A stretch of DNA of 24,000 nucleotides from Fidelibacterota bacterium (GTDB lineage Bacteria > Fidelibacterota > Marinisomatia > Marinisomatales > TCS55), in the NCBI GenBank assembly GCA_014239435.1, contig JAAZYX010000033.1, positions 64,871-88,870 of the forward strand. Reading direction: 5' to 3'. A program made the position numbers and the translations under genes. Shown here piece by piece: positions 1 through 9,440 of this stretch; the first letter of the stretch is position 1, and the number at the start of each line of letters is the position of its first letter. Below the pieces are notes generated by a model. The model was given only the letters and a program-made list of their open reading frames with translations, was not told where the DNA came from and did no database searches.

Positions 1-879
1 AAGCCGCATGACTACCTTTTCTCCATGAATTGTCGGCAGAATTGAAACTCGAACATCAATATCCTTTGTTGTCGTTTTTATTCCGAATCGCCCATCCTGA
101 GATAAGCGACGTTCTGCAATATTGAGCTTGGATAGAATCTTTATTCTAGTAACCAAACCGCTAAGTGAAGATTTTGGGGGTGTCATTATCATTTGCAGGA
201 CACCATCAATTCGAATCCTGACTTCTACTGAATCCTGCTGAGGTTCAATATGAATATCTGTGGCGCGTTCTTTAATGGCTTCTTGTAAAATAAGATTTAC
301 TAATTTAACGATGGGAGCATCTTCGCTCGATGCTTTGTCCGGAGAAAGATCCACCTCTTCCTGATGGTCTTCATCCCCAGAAATGACTCTGATTCCTTCA
401 ATTGCTTCTTCTACCTCGCCAGATTTCTGAATTTTTCCATAAATTTCTTTCAGTGCTTTTGCAAGCGCAGACGGCGGCGCTACGTAAATTTCCGGATTAA
501 GGTCTGTATGCCGTTTTAATGCATCCACACCTATAAGGTTTTCGGGATCTTCCATTGCTACAATCAGAGATCCGCCATTTTTCCTGAGCGCAAGTATTCG
601 GTTCTGCATCGCAAAATCTTCCGGGATCAATCGTACCGCTTCCGGATCTGCTTTGAATAATTCATCCTCCGAAACAGACTTATATCCCAATTGGAGGGAG
701 TACACTTGTATCAATTCATCCTCAGTGATGTAGCCGGCTTTTACGAGAAGTGTCCCCAATTTATCGCTACTGTTTCTCTGGGATGACAGAGTTTTTTCCA
801 GATCAGATTCAGATATTTTCCCCTCATGAATAAGGATTTCACCGATCTTTTTGAACTGCGGATTAAATTCAGCGGACAT
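1..879 (-). CDS. pilB: Type IV pilus extension ATPase, PilB/GspE family. Only the N-terminal 293 codons are present; the 3' end runs off the left edge.
   Basis: Absent from the ORF track because there is no stop in the window. Manual reverse translation from the ATG at 879-877 gives MSAEFNPQFKKIGEILIHEGKISESDLEKTL...LGTLLVKAGYITEDELIQVYSLQLGY...DAPIVKLVNLILQEAIKERATDIHIEP...RLSQDGRF...ILPTIHGEKVVMRL. The frame stays open to position 1 (879 nt = 293 codons). This is a T2SSE_N/MshEN-type N-domain plus the start of the GspE ATPase core. The start overlaps the upstream gene by 11 nt. Confidence 0.85.
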   Translation of the reverse strand, partial: MSAEFNPQFKKIGEILIHEGKISESDLEKTLSSQRNSSDKLGTLLVKAGYITEDELIQVYSLQLGYKSVSEDELFKADPEAVRLIPEDFAMQNRILALRKNGGSLIVAMEDPENLIGVDALKRHTDLNPEIYVAPPSALAKALKEIYGKIQKSGEVEEAIEGIRVISGDEDHQEEVDLSPDKASSEDAPIVKLVNLILQEAIKERATDIHIEPQQDSVEVRIRIDGVLQMIMTPPKSSLSGLVTRIKILSKLNIAERRLSQDGRFGIKTTTKDIDVRVSILPTIHGEKVVMRL

Positions 880-3073
880 CGTTAACACTTTCTGCTTTGG
901 GATTACCATCCCAAGAACGAATGAATTCTATAGAAACCGGATCACTGGAAATACCAACCGGGTCCAAAAGCGTTGCTCCAACCGTAGACGTAAAATCATT
1001 ATACTGTGTTGGATCGCTATTTGGAATCGGTGTGCACAGTGTTTGAGCAAATGACATTACCACGCGTGTATACCCATCATCATCTGTCCGGACGATTGGA
1101 TTTCCGCACTCCACAATGTGCGGATATCCCGTCCATTTTTTATCATCATCAGCATCCGTATATGTTTCTGTCCATGCCTCACTTGTATCATGCCAAGTGT
1201 TTTCATTTGCGTCAAGCCAGCTGAAGCATCCATCTCCTACACCTGTATTTTGCGGTCCCCATCCATCGTCATCATGAGCCTCGCCGTATTCTGTGTATGC
1301 ACTCGCACCGGCAGCAGAAAACATGATTCTAGCATCCTTGATCGGATTTGCATAATGATCCAAAATCCGCGCTGTGGCGGTAATACTTGCCGGTGTCCCA
1401 CCGACAGTAAAGTCATGGTAAGTTGAACTTACAAATAAGGTCAGCGAGCCATTCATTCCTTCGTAAAAAGGCATGACAACATTATCCTCGATGCTTGCCA
1501 TCACCGTATCCCCATAGACACCGTCACCATTGACATCACCTCCAAAACACAATGCGCTGACTACCGCATTGCTCAGCATATCATGGCTTGGAAAAATGAT
1601 AGTTGAAAATGCCATTCCCGGGAAAAATTCTTCATTCTTGTTCATATTCCCGGTAAAACTTACACCTTCAATTTGCGCTGCAAGCACATCATCAAGATCA
1701 TCATCGGCGATGCGCATAGACCAATATACATAGGTGCTGTCTGCCACAGGATTGTTCCAAAGATCGTACACCATTGCAGCAACCTGCATTTCATAAAACC
1801 CGGCACCGATGGGCGTAACATCGTTCAAATCGTAATCCGGAAAAATACTCATGGCAGGACCGGTTGCGATAATGACCGGAACTGCATTTGATGAAATAAA
1901 AGATGTATCATAAGATACAGTTGCCGTTACTCGAACCGGACCGGGCCCTGTGCCACTGTTCAGGGAAACGGTAGCAACACCATTTATGGTATAGGTTGTA
2001 TCTGAAATTCCGGCATTGTTTATATTTGCGTCTGTCGGGATATTCGGCCCAAGTGTAAAAGTGACAAGAGTCGGTTCATTGACCAATACTCCGTTTTCAT
2101 CATATACATTTGCGTTAAGATTCGTTGATTCAATTCCGCCGCCACCCACAATGATTAATTCATCAGGATTACACGGAGGAATTTCGATGTACGCCGGAAC
2201 GCCGCTGTAAGCAGTATCTACAATCGTAATACTTACGGAATCCCACACGGTGCCAAAACTCGGATGATTGAAGGCAGCTCTTAATGTGATCACTCCTTCT
2301 TCTTCCGGATTTCCGGTATCTTCAAACGTAGTGGATGCAATACCCGTTGAATCGGTTGCCTTAAAATTTTCGCCGAATAGACCTTTATCATCTTTGGAAT
2401 AGAAAAAGATATCCGCTCCCTGTACAGGTGTGTTACTTCGTTTAGCCAAAACCTTGGCTTCCAAAGTGGCTTTTGCATTTCCGCCGAGATTGATGGATTC
2501 TTTATCAGAACTGAATTGGAGGCTGTAGGGCCATAAGGTAACTGCCGCTGTATCGAATACGTCAAATTGTGCAGTTGCTGTTACAATATCATCCGTACTT
2601 CCTTCTGTTGCTGTAAAGGTTGCAGTGACTTTTACTCCTTCAAACGTTTGAGTGGATGAATTGTCATAGGCAGAAACACTACCGTCGTAAAATTTGACAT
2701 TTACCATCCCTGTTGAATTTGTATAATCAGACGAAAGATCAAAACTTCCAAACTCAGATCCGCTGACTTCGGCAGCAAAACTGATAAGTTTTTCTGTAAC
2801 GGCAGATCCTGCAGTATCTGTTAAAGTAGCCGATATATAAGTAAACGGAGAACTTGCCTGAGTTCCTGCAAAATCTTCTCCAACACTCACGCTATTATTG
2901 AGGGAATCAATCGCCATGGGTTGAGCAACAACTGAGAGGTTATATTTTGCCGCCTCCGATCCGGATGACGATCCATTGGAATCTACCGGAGTTTGTTCAT
3001 CGCAAGTGATAAACAATAAGAGTCCTGTTAAAACGGGAGTTAAAAAATTGAAATTATTCTTCATCAGATTCAT
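869..3073 (-). CDS. Large secreted, possibly lipidated protein with several bacterial Ig-like (Big_1/invasin-type) repeats and acidic Ca-binding-like motifs. Function unknown; embedded in the pilus operon.
   Basis: 734-aa ORF with an ATG start. The N-terminus MNLMKNNFNFLTPVLTGLLLFITCDEQ is a signal peptide with Cys after the hydrophobic core (non-canonical lipobox FITC). It has repeated Big_1-like segments (ATLEAKVLAKRSNTPVQGADIFFYS...TDSTGIASTTF; LNANVYDENGVLVNEPTLVTFTL...NGVATVSLNSG; ISATLTDTAGSAVTEKLISFAAEV). It also has D/N/G-rich motifs (GGDVNGDGVYGD, DDDGWGP, TDDDGY). It overlaps the pilQ stop by 20 nt and the pilB start by 11 nt. Confidence 0.75.
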   Translation of the reverse strand: MNLMKNNFNFLTPVLTGLLLFITCDEQTPVDSNGSSSGSEAAKYNLSVVAQPMAIDSLNNSVSVGEDFAGTQASSPFTYISATLTDTAGSAVTEKLISFAAEVSGSEFGSFDLSSDYTNSTGMVNVKFYDGSVSAYDNSSTQTFEGVKVTATFTATEGSTDDIVTATAQFDVFDTAAVTLWPYSLQFSSDKESINLGGNAKATLEAKVLAKRSNTPVQGADIFFYSKDDKGLFGENFKATDSTGIASTTFEDTGNPEEEGVITLRAAFNHPSFGTVWDSVSITIVDTAYSGVPAYIEIPPCNPDELIIVGGGGIESTNLNANVYDENGVLVNEPTLVTFTLGPNIPTDANINNAGISDTTYTINGVATVSLNSGTGPGPVRVTATVSYDTSFISSNAVPVIIATGPAMSIFPDYDLNDVTPIGAGFYEMQVAAMVYDLWNNPVADSTYVYWSMRIADDDLDDVLAAQIEGVSFTGNMNKNEEFFPGMAFSTIIFPSHDMLSNAVVSALCFGGDVNGDGVYGDTVMASIEDNVVMPFYEGMNGSLTLFVSSTYHDFTVGGTPASITATARILDHYANPIKDARIMFSAAGASAYTEYGEAHDDDGWGPQNTGVGDGCFSWLDANENTWHDTSEAWTETYTDADDDKKWTGYPHIVECGNPIVRTDDDGYTRVVMSFAQTLCTPIPNSDPTQYNDFTSTVGATLLDPVGISSDPVSIEFIRSWDGNPKAESVNDVR

Positions 3074-4580
3074 CCTTTTCCTGGGTTTCTGATTTTGGTT
3101 CGGTTTCAGTTTCCGATTCCGTTACTGATTCTTCCGAATCCGCTTCTTTTAATTGAATGATTGTTCCCTCAAGCTCTATCATTTCTTCACGCTTAAGGAT
3201 GCCGGTGTAGTTGTCTTTGACGACGGTCGGTGTAATTTGAATAATGAGATCGGTTGTTCTGTCTGCAACCGTAGTCCCTGTAAAAAGTTTATTTCCAAGA
3301 AGTGGAATCTTATTTAAATAAGGTACTTTATATTCAGTGACCGTTTTGTCTTTGCTAATCAATCCGCCAATAATAATAGATTCCCCATCCCGTACTCTAA
3401 TCGTCGTTGAAGATAGTCTGCTTTTGACTCGGGGAATGTTATTGTCCGGCCCAATGAATTCAAAAATGGAGGATACTTCAGGCTCAACCCTAACCGTAAT
3501 GTAGCCATCCGTATTTACTTTTGGATTGATAGTCAGTTTAATTCCGACTTCTTCCCGCTGCACCTGAACCTGACCTCCGACACCGCCTGAACTCAAGATA
3601 TACGGAACAATGTCAATCATTTTGATATAGGCTTCTCTTCCATTTAAAGTAACCAATTTAGAATTCGCTAAAACCTGCGCCTTATTTTCCTTCATCAGGA
3701 AATCAAGCGTCACATCGAAAGCAGTAAGCTGGCGACTGAATTTTGTTGGCAAAACGCTTTGATCACTTTCATCGGTAAAGTACAGCCGATTAAACGGCAT
3801 ATCCGAAGGGAGCTGCTCAAACGGCATGCCGGAATATTCTTCCACAACCCCCGTACCGTCCTCATTTGCAGATTGGCCTAATCCGGGCACCACACTTCCG
3901 GCCCCGGTTACACCGTGCGGCGGTTTTCCGCTTTCCGCGAGAATGCTTGTGTATTTTGCCAGTTTGGACCAATCAATGCCTGCCTTTTCTTCTTCATCCA
4001 AGGCCACTTCAATCAGCCGGGTTTCTAGCATGATTTGAATCGCGGGAATATCAATTTCACGGATCACTTCTTCAATTTCTGCTATCTTTTTGGGTGACGC
4101 GTTCACCAAAAGTTTATTACCAGATACGTCTACCTGAATTTTATCCGTTAAATCCTTTAGCAATTCTTTTATTTCTATGGCGTCGGCATATTTCAGTTCA
4201 ACTACATGGGATGTTATTCCGACCTCTTCCACTAATTTTTTTGGATCCGCGATCAAAAAGGAATTTCCCACAACTTCGTAACTAAGCCCTACTGCTCGAA
4301 CTACTAAGTTTATCGCCTGTTCAATCGGCACATCATCCAAATGGATTGTAATTTTATCCTGCCGGTTTACATTCGGGCCGGTAACAATATTGTACCCGCT
4401 TTCATTCGCGAGGATAGCAAGAATGCTCGGTAAAAATGCATCTTCTGCATGGATAGTAACCAATGTGGGTTCCAAGGCCTCCTTTGCGGAAACGGTACCA
4501 ATCGTTTTATCTGTCTTCTCCTGAGCCGCTAAACAGCTAACCAGCATGCAAGCTAGCAGTATCGTCATCAACCATTTCAT
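3054..4580 (-). CDS. pilQ: Type IV pilus secretin PilQ (short form, no obvious AMIN domains) with an acidic C-terminal tail.
   Basis: The secretin C-domain is recognisable: LVTLNGREAYIKMIDIVPY, STTIRVRDGESIIIGGLISKDKTVTEYKVPYLNKIPLLGNKLFTG...DRTTDLIIQITPTVV. I prefer the ATG at 4580 (MKWLMTILLACMLVSCLAAQ signal peptide). It has GAGGAGAG about 9 nt upstream and abuts the upstream stop at 4582. The track start at 4619 would add 13 non-signal residues. The gene sits directly after pilMNOP. Confidence 0.85.
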   Translation of the reverse strand: MKWLMTILLACMLVSCLAAQEKTDKTIGTVSAKEALEPTLVTIHAEDAFLPSILAILANESGYNIVTGPNVNRQDKITIHLDDVPIEQAINLVVRAVGLSYEVVGNSFLIADPKKLVEEVGITSHVVELKYADAIEIKELLKDLTDKIQVDVSGNKLLVNASPKKIAEIEEVIREIDIPAIQIMLETRLIEVALDEEEKAGIDWSKLAKYTSILAESGKPPHGVTGAGSVVPGLGQSANEDGTGVVEEYSGMPFEQLPSDMPFNRLYFTDESDQSVLPTKFSRQLTAFDVTLDFLMKENKAQVLANSKLVTLNGREAYIKMIDIVPYILSSGGVGGQVQVQREEVGIKLTINPKVNTDGYITVRVEPEVSSIFEFIGPDNNIPRVKSRLSSTTIRVRDGESIIIGGLISKDKTVTEYKVPYLNKIPLLGNKLFTGTTVADRTTDLIIQITPTVVKDNYTGILKREEMIELEGTIIQLKEADSEESVTESETETEPKSETQEKDESDEE

Positions 4581-4581
4581 A

Positions 4582-5112
4582 TCAATATTCTCTCCTCTGC
4601 CCGTTTTTTGAGGTGACATCCTCTTCTACACTAAGTCCAGAAACCTGATAATGTATTTCTTTATTTTCTGAGATAATGACGACTTCCTCAGAATCAATCC
4701 AAACGACTTCTCCATTAGCAACAGAATCACCAACCGTAACCACAAAATTCTTATCTCGATAATTCACGATGGCTCTTTGGGTGGATCCGTCGATAATTGC
4801 GGTTATGCGAAGTTTCCCGCTTTTGCGATACCGCATCGGCCTTCCATATGCATCCGTAAGGTACAATACATTTGTAAGGCGCATCGGCTCTTCTTCCAGA
4901 GCAAATTGAAATTCACTTCTGTTTAACAGCCGTGTTTCTAAAAATTCAATCACCTGTTCCAGTTCTTCATCCGTTCCGAATTGAATCTGTTCCGCCCGTT
5001 CCTTTGCACCGGTCCATTTTTTATTCAACGGATATACTTTGGAAGCCATAATTCCAAGAGAAAGCGTGCTCATAATCAGGAGTATAACCCAGACTGTTCT
5101 GTCCCTGCTCAC
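4582..5112 (-). CDS. pilP: PilP-like pilus assembly protein: an N-terminal membrane anchor plus a C-terminal beta domain.
   Basis: 176 aa with a GTG start in a GTGA overlap with the pilO stop. The TM segment is VWVILLIMSTLSLGIMA. The C-terminal motif TVGDSVANGEVVWIDSEEVVI is typical of PilP/GspC HR-type domains. Its position between pilO and pilQ supports the call. The assignment rests mostly on position. Confidence 0.6.
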   Translation of the reverse strand: MSRDRTVWVILLIMSTLSLGIMASKVYPLNKKWTGAKERAEQIQFGTDEELEQVIEFLETRLLNRSEFQFALEEEPMRLTNVLYLTDAYGRPMRYRKSGKLRITAIIDGSTQRAIVNYRDKNFVVTVGDSVANGEVVWIDSEEVVIISENKEIHYQVSGLSVEEDVTSKNGQRREY

Positions 5113-5678
5113 GATGATATTCCTTTTGATTTCACCAATGTTAAAGTTGACAGATGCAGTTCAACAATCTGCTCTTTAAGATCGCCTTCATCGGTAGTCG
5201 TTTTTACACGTTCTATTCCGTTTTTCACCAGAAATTCATCAATCGTAATTAATCTGGGAGACCGTTCAATTTCAGCGATAAATTTCCCCAATTGATCAAA
5301 ATCACACTTTAATAGCAATTCATACGGAGCACTATAATAGTTGCCTTTTTTCTCACGCGGCTTTGGTTTGATATTCATAAGCGTTACGCCAAGATTATTC
5401 ATCATTTCCGTCAAATTCTGTAAAAAAGGCATGGATGCATCTTCAGCAATAGAATCTGCCATACTAATTGCCAAATTTTCATCAAACAAGGTGTACACTC
5501 TGTCAAGCTTGCTGGCTAAAATCTGAGCGCTGATTAGCTGTTCGTTCAATTCTTCCTGTTCATCTTCCAAGTCCATCATGGTTACGGGATGGTTTCCAAT
5601 CGAAAACTTGAAATTGAGCCAGAAAGCAATGGATAATCCAATAAGCCCGAAGAATAGAATGGTGTTTCTTTGCTTCAT
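5109..5678 (-). CDS. pilO: PilO-like type IV pilus biogenesis protein.
   Basis: 189 aa with an ATGA overlap with the pilN stop. It has one N-terminal TM (ILFFGLIGLSIAFWL), a coiled-coil-like segment, then a GspM/PilO-like ferredoxin-type C-domain. The gene order is pilM-N-O. Confidence 0.65.
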   Translation of the reverse strand: MKQRNTILFFGLIGLSIAFWLNFKFSIGNHPVTMMDLEDEQEELNEQLISAQILASKLDRVYTLFDENLAISMADSIAEDASMPFLQNLTEMMNNLGVTLMNIKPKPREKKGNYYSAPYELLLKCDFDQLGKFIAEIERSPRLITIDEFLVKNGIERVKTTTDEGDLKEQIVELHLSTLTLVKSKGISS

Positions 5679-6271
5679 GATGACTTCGGCTTTCCGCCGC
5701 CGGGCTTTAATTTGGCTTCAATTCTGAATTCATAAATATCTTGTCCCCGCACTTGTTTACGCGATCCCTGATCAAATTTAATCCTGCTGAAATTATTTGA
5801 AAATTCACGGTTATTTTTTAGTGTATTAATAAAATTGTACACAATTCCAAACTTTTGCTGTTCATCCTGATAAATAACGCCAATCCCTTCAATAATCATT
5901 TTATTATTGCGGTATTTAAGTCCGGTTATCGCCATATCCTCGGGAGTCATTTCACCTAATAACTCAAGATAGCGAGCCCACAAGTACCGGTTTCTTTCTA
6001 AATCCGCTAACGCAATAATGTCATCCTTTGAAAGGTTTTTACCCTTTTTCCGAAGATTATTGATGTCTTCTTTTACCAGAGCTATTTCGGATTTTTTCTG
6101 ATCAATCAGGGCACGGTATCCATGTCCTATCATCCAAACACCGATGTTCGAACCCAGCAAAAGAATAACAATGATTCCAAACATGCTCCACCTTACACGG
6201 TCTCGCCAGACTTCAATCCGAGCCTCTTTCGTTTCGGACTGGTTTAGGTTGATGGTGATAAACTTATTCAC
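5675..6271 (-). CDS. pilN: PilN-like fimbrial assembly protein.
   Basis: 198 aa with a GTG start in a GTGA overlap with the pilM stop. The N-terminal ITINL motif resembles the PilM-binding INLLP peptide of PilN. One TM follows (MFGIIVILLLGSNIGVWMI), then a periplasmic domain. Confidence 0.7.
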   Translation of the reverse strand: MNKFITINLNQSETKEARIEVWRDRVRWSMFGIIVILLLGSNIGVWMIGHGYRALIDQKKSEIALVKEDINNLRKKGKNLSKDDIIALADLERNRYLWARYLELLGEMTPEDMAITGLKYRNNKMIIEGIGVIYQDEQQKFGIVYNFINTLKNNREFSNNFSRIKFDQGSRKQVRGQDIYEFRIEAKLKPGGGKPKSS

Positions 6272-7323
6272 GCAACTATTCCTCCCCGAATGGCAAGCCC
6301 AACCGCAACACAGTATTGGCCGGGATTAGGAATGTCCTGCCCTTCTGTGCCTTCCAGAGCCGCCAAGGGATTAAATACTTCCACATCAATATTCAGCTTA
6401 CTTTGAATATAGTCGCCAATGCCGGGAGTGCCGGCGCCACCTCCGGTGAGATAGATCTTTTGAAAGAAGCTTTGGTTGGTTGTTTTGGCATAATATCTAA
6501 GGGATCTCCGAACATCTTCCACCAAATTGTCAAAGACCGTTCTCTGTGCTTCCGCCAAGCCAATTTCCTGAGATCCATTCGATTGGTTGAACGCATCAAC
6601 CCCGTCTTTGTACAGTTCATCCTGTGCCGTTACATAATCCATTTTTCGGGCATCGGATAATCCCTTTACAAAATGGTGCCCGCCCACTGGAATGTCTCTT
6701 GTAAAGAAAGAATCCTTTTTTCCCCAGACCACCAAGGAACTGGAAACAGCGCCAATGTCCAACAAAACAATTACGCCATCTTCGGGAAAATCCTGATCGA
6801 GTGCAAATGAATTTGAAAGTGCAATTGGATCGGTATCCACTATGCCGGGCTTGAATCCTGCCTCCTTTAATAAATCTAAATGGCCATTCAGCACGCGCTT
6901 GGTACATGCCACCATTCCAACATCAATTTTGTCCACTTCTTTCGGATTCTGTCCAAAAATCTGAAAATCAATAACCGCATCTGTGCCATCCATTGGAATG
7001 TGTTTCCTCGCTTCAAATGTAAGCGCCGAATGCAGCTCCTCAGTTGCCATGTCCATCGTCATAATTTGGCGGACACTCACATTGGTGCCATTAATATTGC
7101 TCACAAGATTTCGCGCCCGTTTAGGATTGACCTTTTGCTGCTTCAGGATTTCCTTAATCGCCATCACAACGATAGGCCGGCTTACTTCCTCCGGATCAAA
7201 TGCTTTATGTTGTTCAGGGATGAGTCGTTGCGAAGCGTTAATCAGTTTATATCCGCCGGACCGCAATTTTTCAACGGTTACTGTTTTGATATACTGTCTG
7301 CCTACATCCAATCCAAGAATCAT
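6268..7323 (-). CDS. pilM: PilM, the actin-like ATPase-fold type IV pilus assembly protein.
   Basis: 351 aa. It shows MILGLDVGRQYIKTVTVEK (phosphate-1-like), VLLDIGAVSSSLVVW and IYLTGGGAGTPGIGDYI, the typical FtsA/PilM actin-fold motifs. The start overlaps the upstream stop by 1 nt. Confidence 0.9.
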   Translation of the reverse strand: MILGLDVGRQYIKTVTVEKLRSGGYKLINASQRLIPEQHKAFDPEEVSRPIVVMAIKEILKQQKVNPKRARNLVSNINGTNVSVRQIMTMDMATEELHSALTFEARKHIPMDGTDAVIDFQIFGQNPKEVDKIDVGMVACTKRVLNGHLDLLKEAGFKPGIVDTDPIALSNSFALDQDFPEDGVIVLLDIGAVSSSLVVWGKKDSFFTRDIPVGGHHFVKGLSDARKMDYVTAQDELYKDGVDAFNQSNGSQEIGLAEAQRTVFDNLVEDVRRSLRYYAKTTNQSFFQKIYLTGGGAGTPGIGDYIQSKLNIDVEVFNPLAALEGTEGQDIPNPGQYCVAVGLAIRGGIVA

Positions 7324-9440
7324 TAGTCCGACTCCCCGCTTCGTGTGGGAACTTCGCTGTAACTTTTCAAAACCAATTTCATTCCTCCGTCAGCACCGGT
7401 CGTGTTGGGGAAATTTGGCGGAGGATAAAAATCACTGAAATTGAAATCATAATGATAACTCTTATCGTATCCGATCCAGTAATTCGCATAGCTTCCAGGA
7501 GGATTCCGTTTCATGAAGCCCCGTAAATTTTGTGTAACGGAACCGTATAACTTTATCGTTCCTCGTAAGTCATTGGATGTGGATTGCTGGGTGGTTGAAG
7601 TCGGATTTCTAAAAGTCCCGCGGCCGTCTGCTTTTGAGGTGGCCGGACTTGAGGCGTAATACGGCGCTTGAGTTGCCGTATAGTATCCATTTTCTGCCGC
7701 CCCCGGAACTGAGTTCTGCCAGTAATGCGCTACAAAGGAATCATGCATTGCAATAATACCAGCATTGATAATGATATCTTGACCATATGCCCGATTTTTT
7801 GCACCATTCTCTGAGGTATTTGCGATGATTACATTTCCGCCTGAAACAAGTCCAAGGCGATTGGGCGTACCGTACACAACCTCTCCTGTGTTTTGATTTG
7901 AATCCGTATAAATAATATCATCTATCAACCAAATATTATTCCAAACTCTGTCAATAATTGTATGATCGTCCTGCCGTCTGTATTCCGTATAATTATCCGT
8001 TACAATCGTAAACTGTCCATCAACTTCTCCATGCACTCTCACCTGTCCATCCTTTACAAAAATCACAGCGCGGTCTTTATGGAATGTCGTCCAATTCATG
8101 ATATAATCTGTTCCATTCGGAGGTTCAAAATCGAAATGGTGAAATCCGGTTGACTGGCACACACTTGTTCCATCATCTGCGTGATTATGAAAAAACCCGA
8201 AATGATTAAATTGTTCAGATGCCATTCCGGTCCGATGAGATAACTGGACAGATTCACCCTCCACAAAACCGCCGGTAAAAAACCCACCCTGTTCCTGATA
8301 GTCCACTTTAAAAATATAATCACCGCTGCTGGTGGATTTTCCGGTTATGACTGAAATCCAATATTTATAACTCGTGTCCACAGAGGATATGACAATGGTG
8401 TCGCCGATACTGTATCCGTTGAGAACGTCGTCAACGCCATCGCCGTCGGAATCGTAATCGCTTAAAAATACCGAATCCACAAATCCGTATCCGGTGGTAT
8501 TGCTAAACGGCAAATCAACACCGATTTTCCCATCATTCAATCCGCTCACGGTATTGTCCTCATCCCACGTGTACGACAAGGTCGGCTGTCCATCTTCGGT
8601 CACTGGAGGAATGGCATACGCCCATTGAGCCACTTTAAATCCACCGGTGATAAACTCAATCTCAGTCATGATAAGCGAATCCTTAATGGCGCCTCTCCAC
8701 AGCAGCTCATCCGCTGTGAATACATAATCCGCAGAATTTTTAACACGCTCAACAGTATTGGTAGGTGGATATGAAATTACATCTGCTGAGTCGTCGTAGG
8801 TTGCATTCGCGAACGATGTTTCTTCACAGTTGCCCATATTAATTCCAAGGGAAGCATTCACTTGTCCGTTAAATTTCGGGCAGCCGTAAGCACTCATGGT
8901 TATTTCGCCGTTTGTATGGACAACACCCTCAAGGGTGTCAGATGCGCCAAATGTTACTGTACCGCTCGTGTACGGTCCGCCGCCGGGTTCTTCTGAATTG
9001 GTGAAATACATAAATTTTGAAAAATCCTCCGCAACAAGATTCACTTCCGCCTTCCGTTCAATTTCGACGGATTTCCCCTCACTATTTTGAAATTCTGCGG
9101 TACCCCATGCGCTTGCGTAAAAATAGGTCTTCCCATAATCATCTACATATGAAGAACACACTACATCATGGTAAAAACCGTCAAATTCAGGGCTTTCACT
9201 AAACTTCACTTTTTGCGTAGCCAACACCATGACCTGATCATATAAATACGGTAATTGCGGCATGCCTACTTTATTGATTCCTGTCTCTGCTAGCAGCAGT
9301 GCAGACGATTCCGCAAAACGATATTTTTCGACAACCGATGCCGAAAGTGAATACCGTAAATAGGCAATGGTTAGAAGAAGGCTGATCATGGTAAAAATGA
9401 CAGCCGTAATGGTGGCTGTACCTTTTTGAAACTGTTTCAT
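7323..9440 (-). CDS. Large PilX_N-type (pseudopilin-like anchor) pilus-associated protein; candidate tip or adhesin component.
   Basis: 705 aa with an ATGA overlap with the upstream minor pilin. The N-terminus MKQFQKGTATITAVIFTMISLLLTIAYL resembles the PilX N-terminal hydrophobic helix but lacks a G/F-T-L-I-E cleavage motif. The body is rich in G/N/T/Y strand-like repeats (GNVIIANTSENG, DIIINAGIIAM, VFVKDGQVRVHGEVDGQFTIV). It also has an EF-hand-like acidic loop, SDYDSDGDGVDDVLNG. Confidence 0.7.
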   Translation of the reverse strand: MKQFQKGTATITAVIFTMISLLLTIAYLRYSLSASVVEKYRFAESSALLLAETGINKVGMPQLPYLYDQVMVLATQKVKFSESPEFDGFYHDVVCSSYVDDYGKTYFYASAWGTAEFQNSEGKSVEIERKAEVNLVAEDFSKFMYFTNSEEPGGGPYTSGTVTFGASDTLEGVVHTNGEITMSAYGCPKFNGQVNASLGINMGNCEETSFANATYDDSADVISYPPTNTVERVKNSADYVFTADELLWRGAIKDSLIMTEIEFITGGFKVAQWAYAIPPVTEDGQPTLSYTWDEDNTVSGLNDGKIGVDLPFSNTTGYGFVDSVFLSDYDSDGDGVDDVLNGYSIGDTIVISSVDTSYKYWISVITGKSTSSGDYIFKVDYQEQGGFFTGGFVEGESVQLSHRTGMASEQFNHFGFFHNHADDGTSVCQSTGFHHFDFEPPNGTDYIMNWTTFHKDRAVIFVKDGQVRVHGEVDGQFTIVTDNYTEYRRQDDHTIIDRVWNNIWLIDDIIYTDSNQNTGEVVYGTPNRLGLVSGGNVIIANTSENGAKNRAYGQDIIINAGIIAMHDSFVAHYWQNSVPGAAENGYYTATQAPYYASSPATSKADGRGTFRNPTSTTQQSTSNDLRGTIKLYGSVTQNLRGFMKRNPPGSYANYWIGYDKSYHYDFNFSDFYPPPNFPNTTGADGGMKLVLKSYSEVPTRSGESD

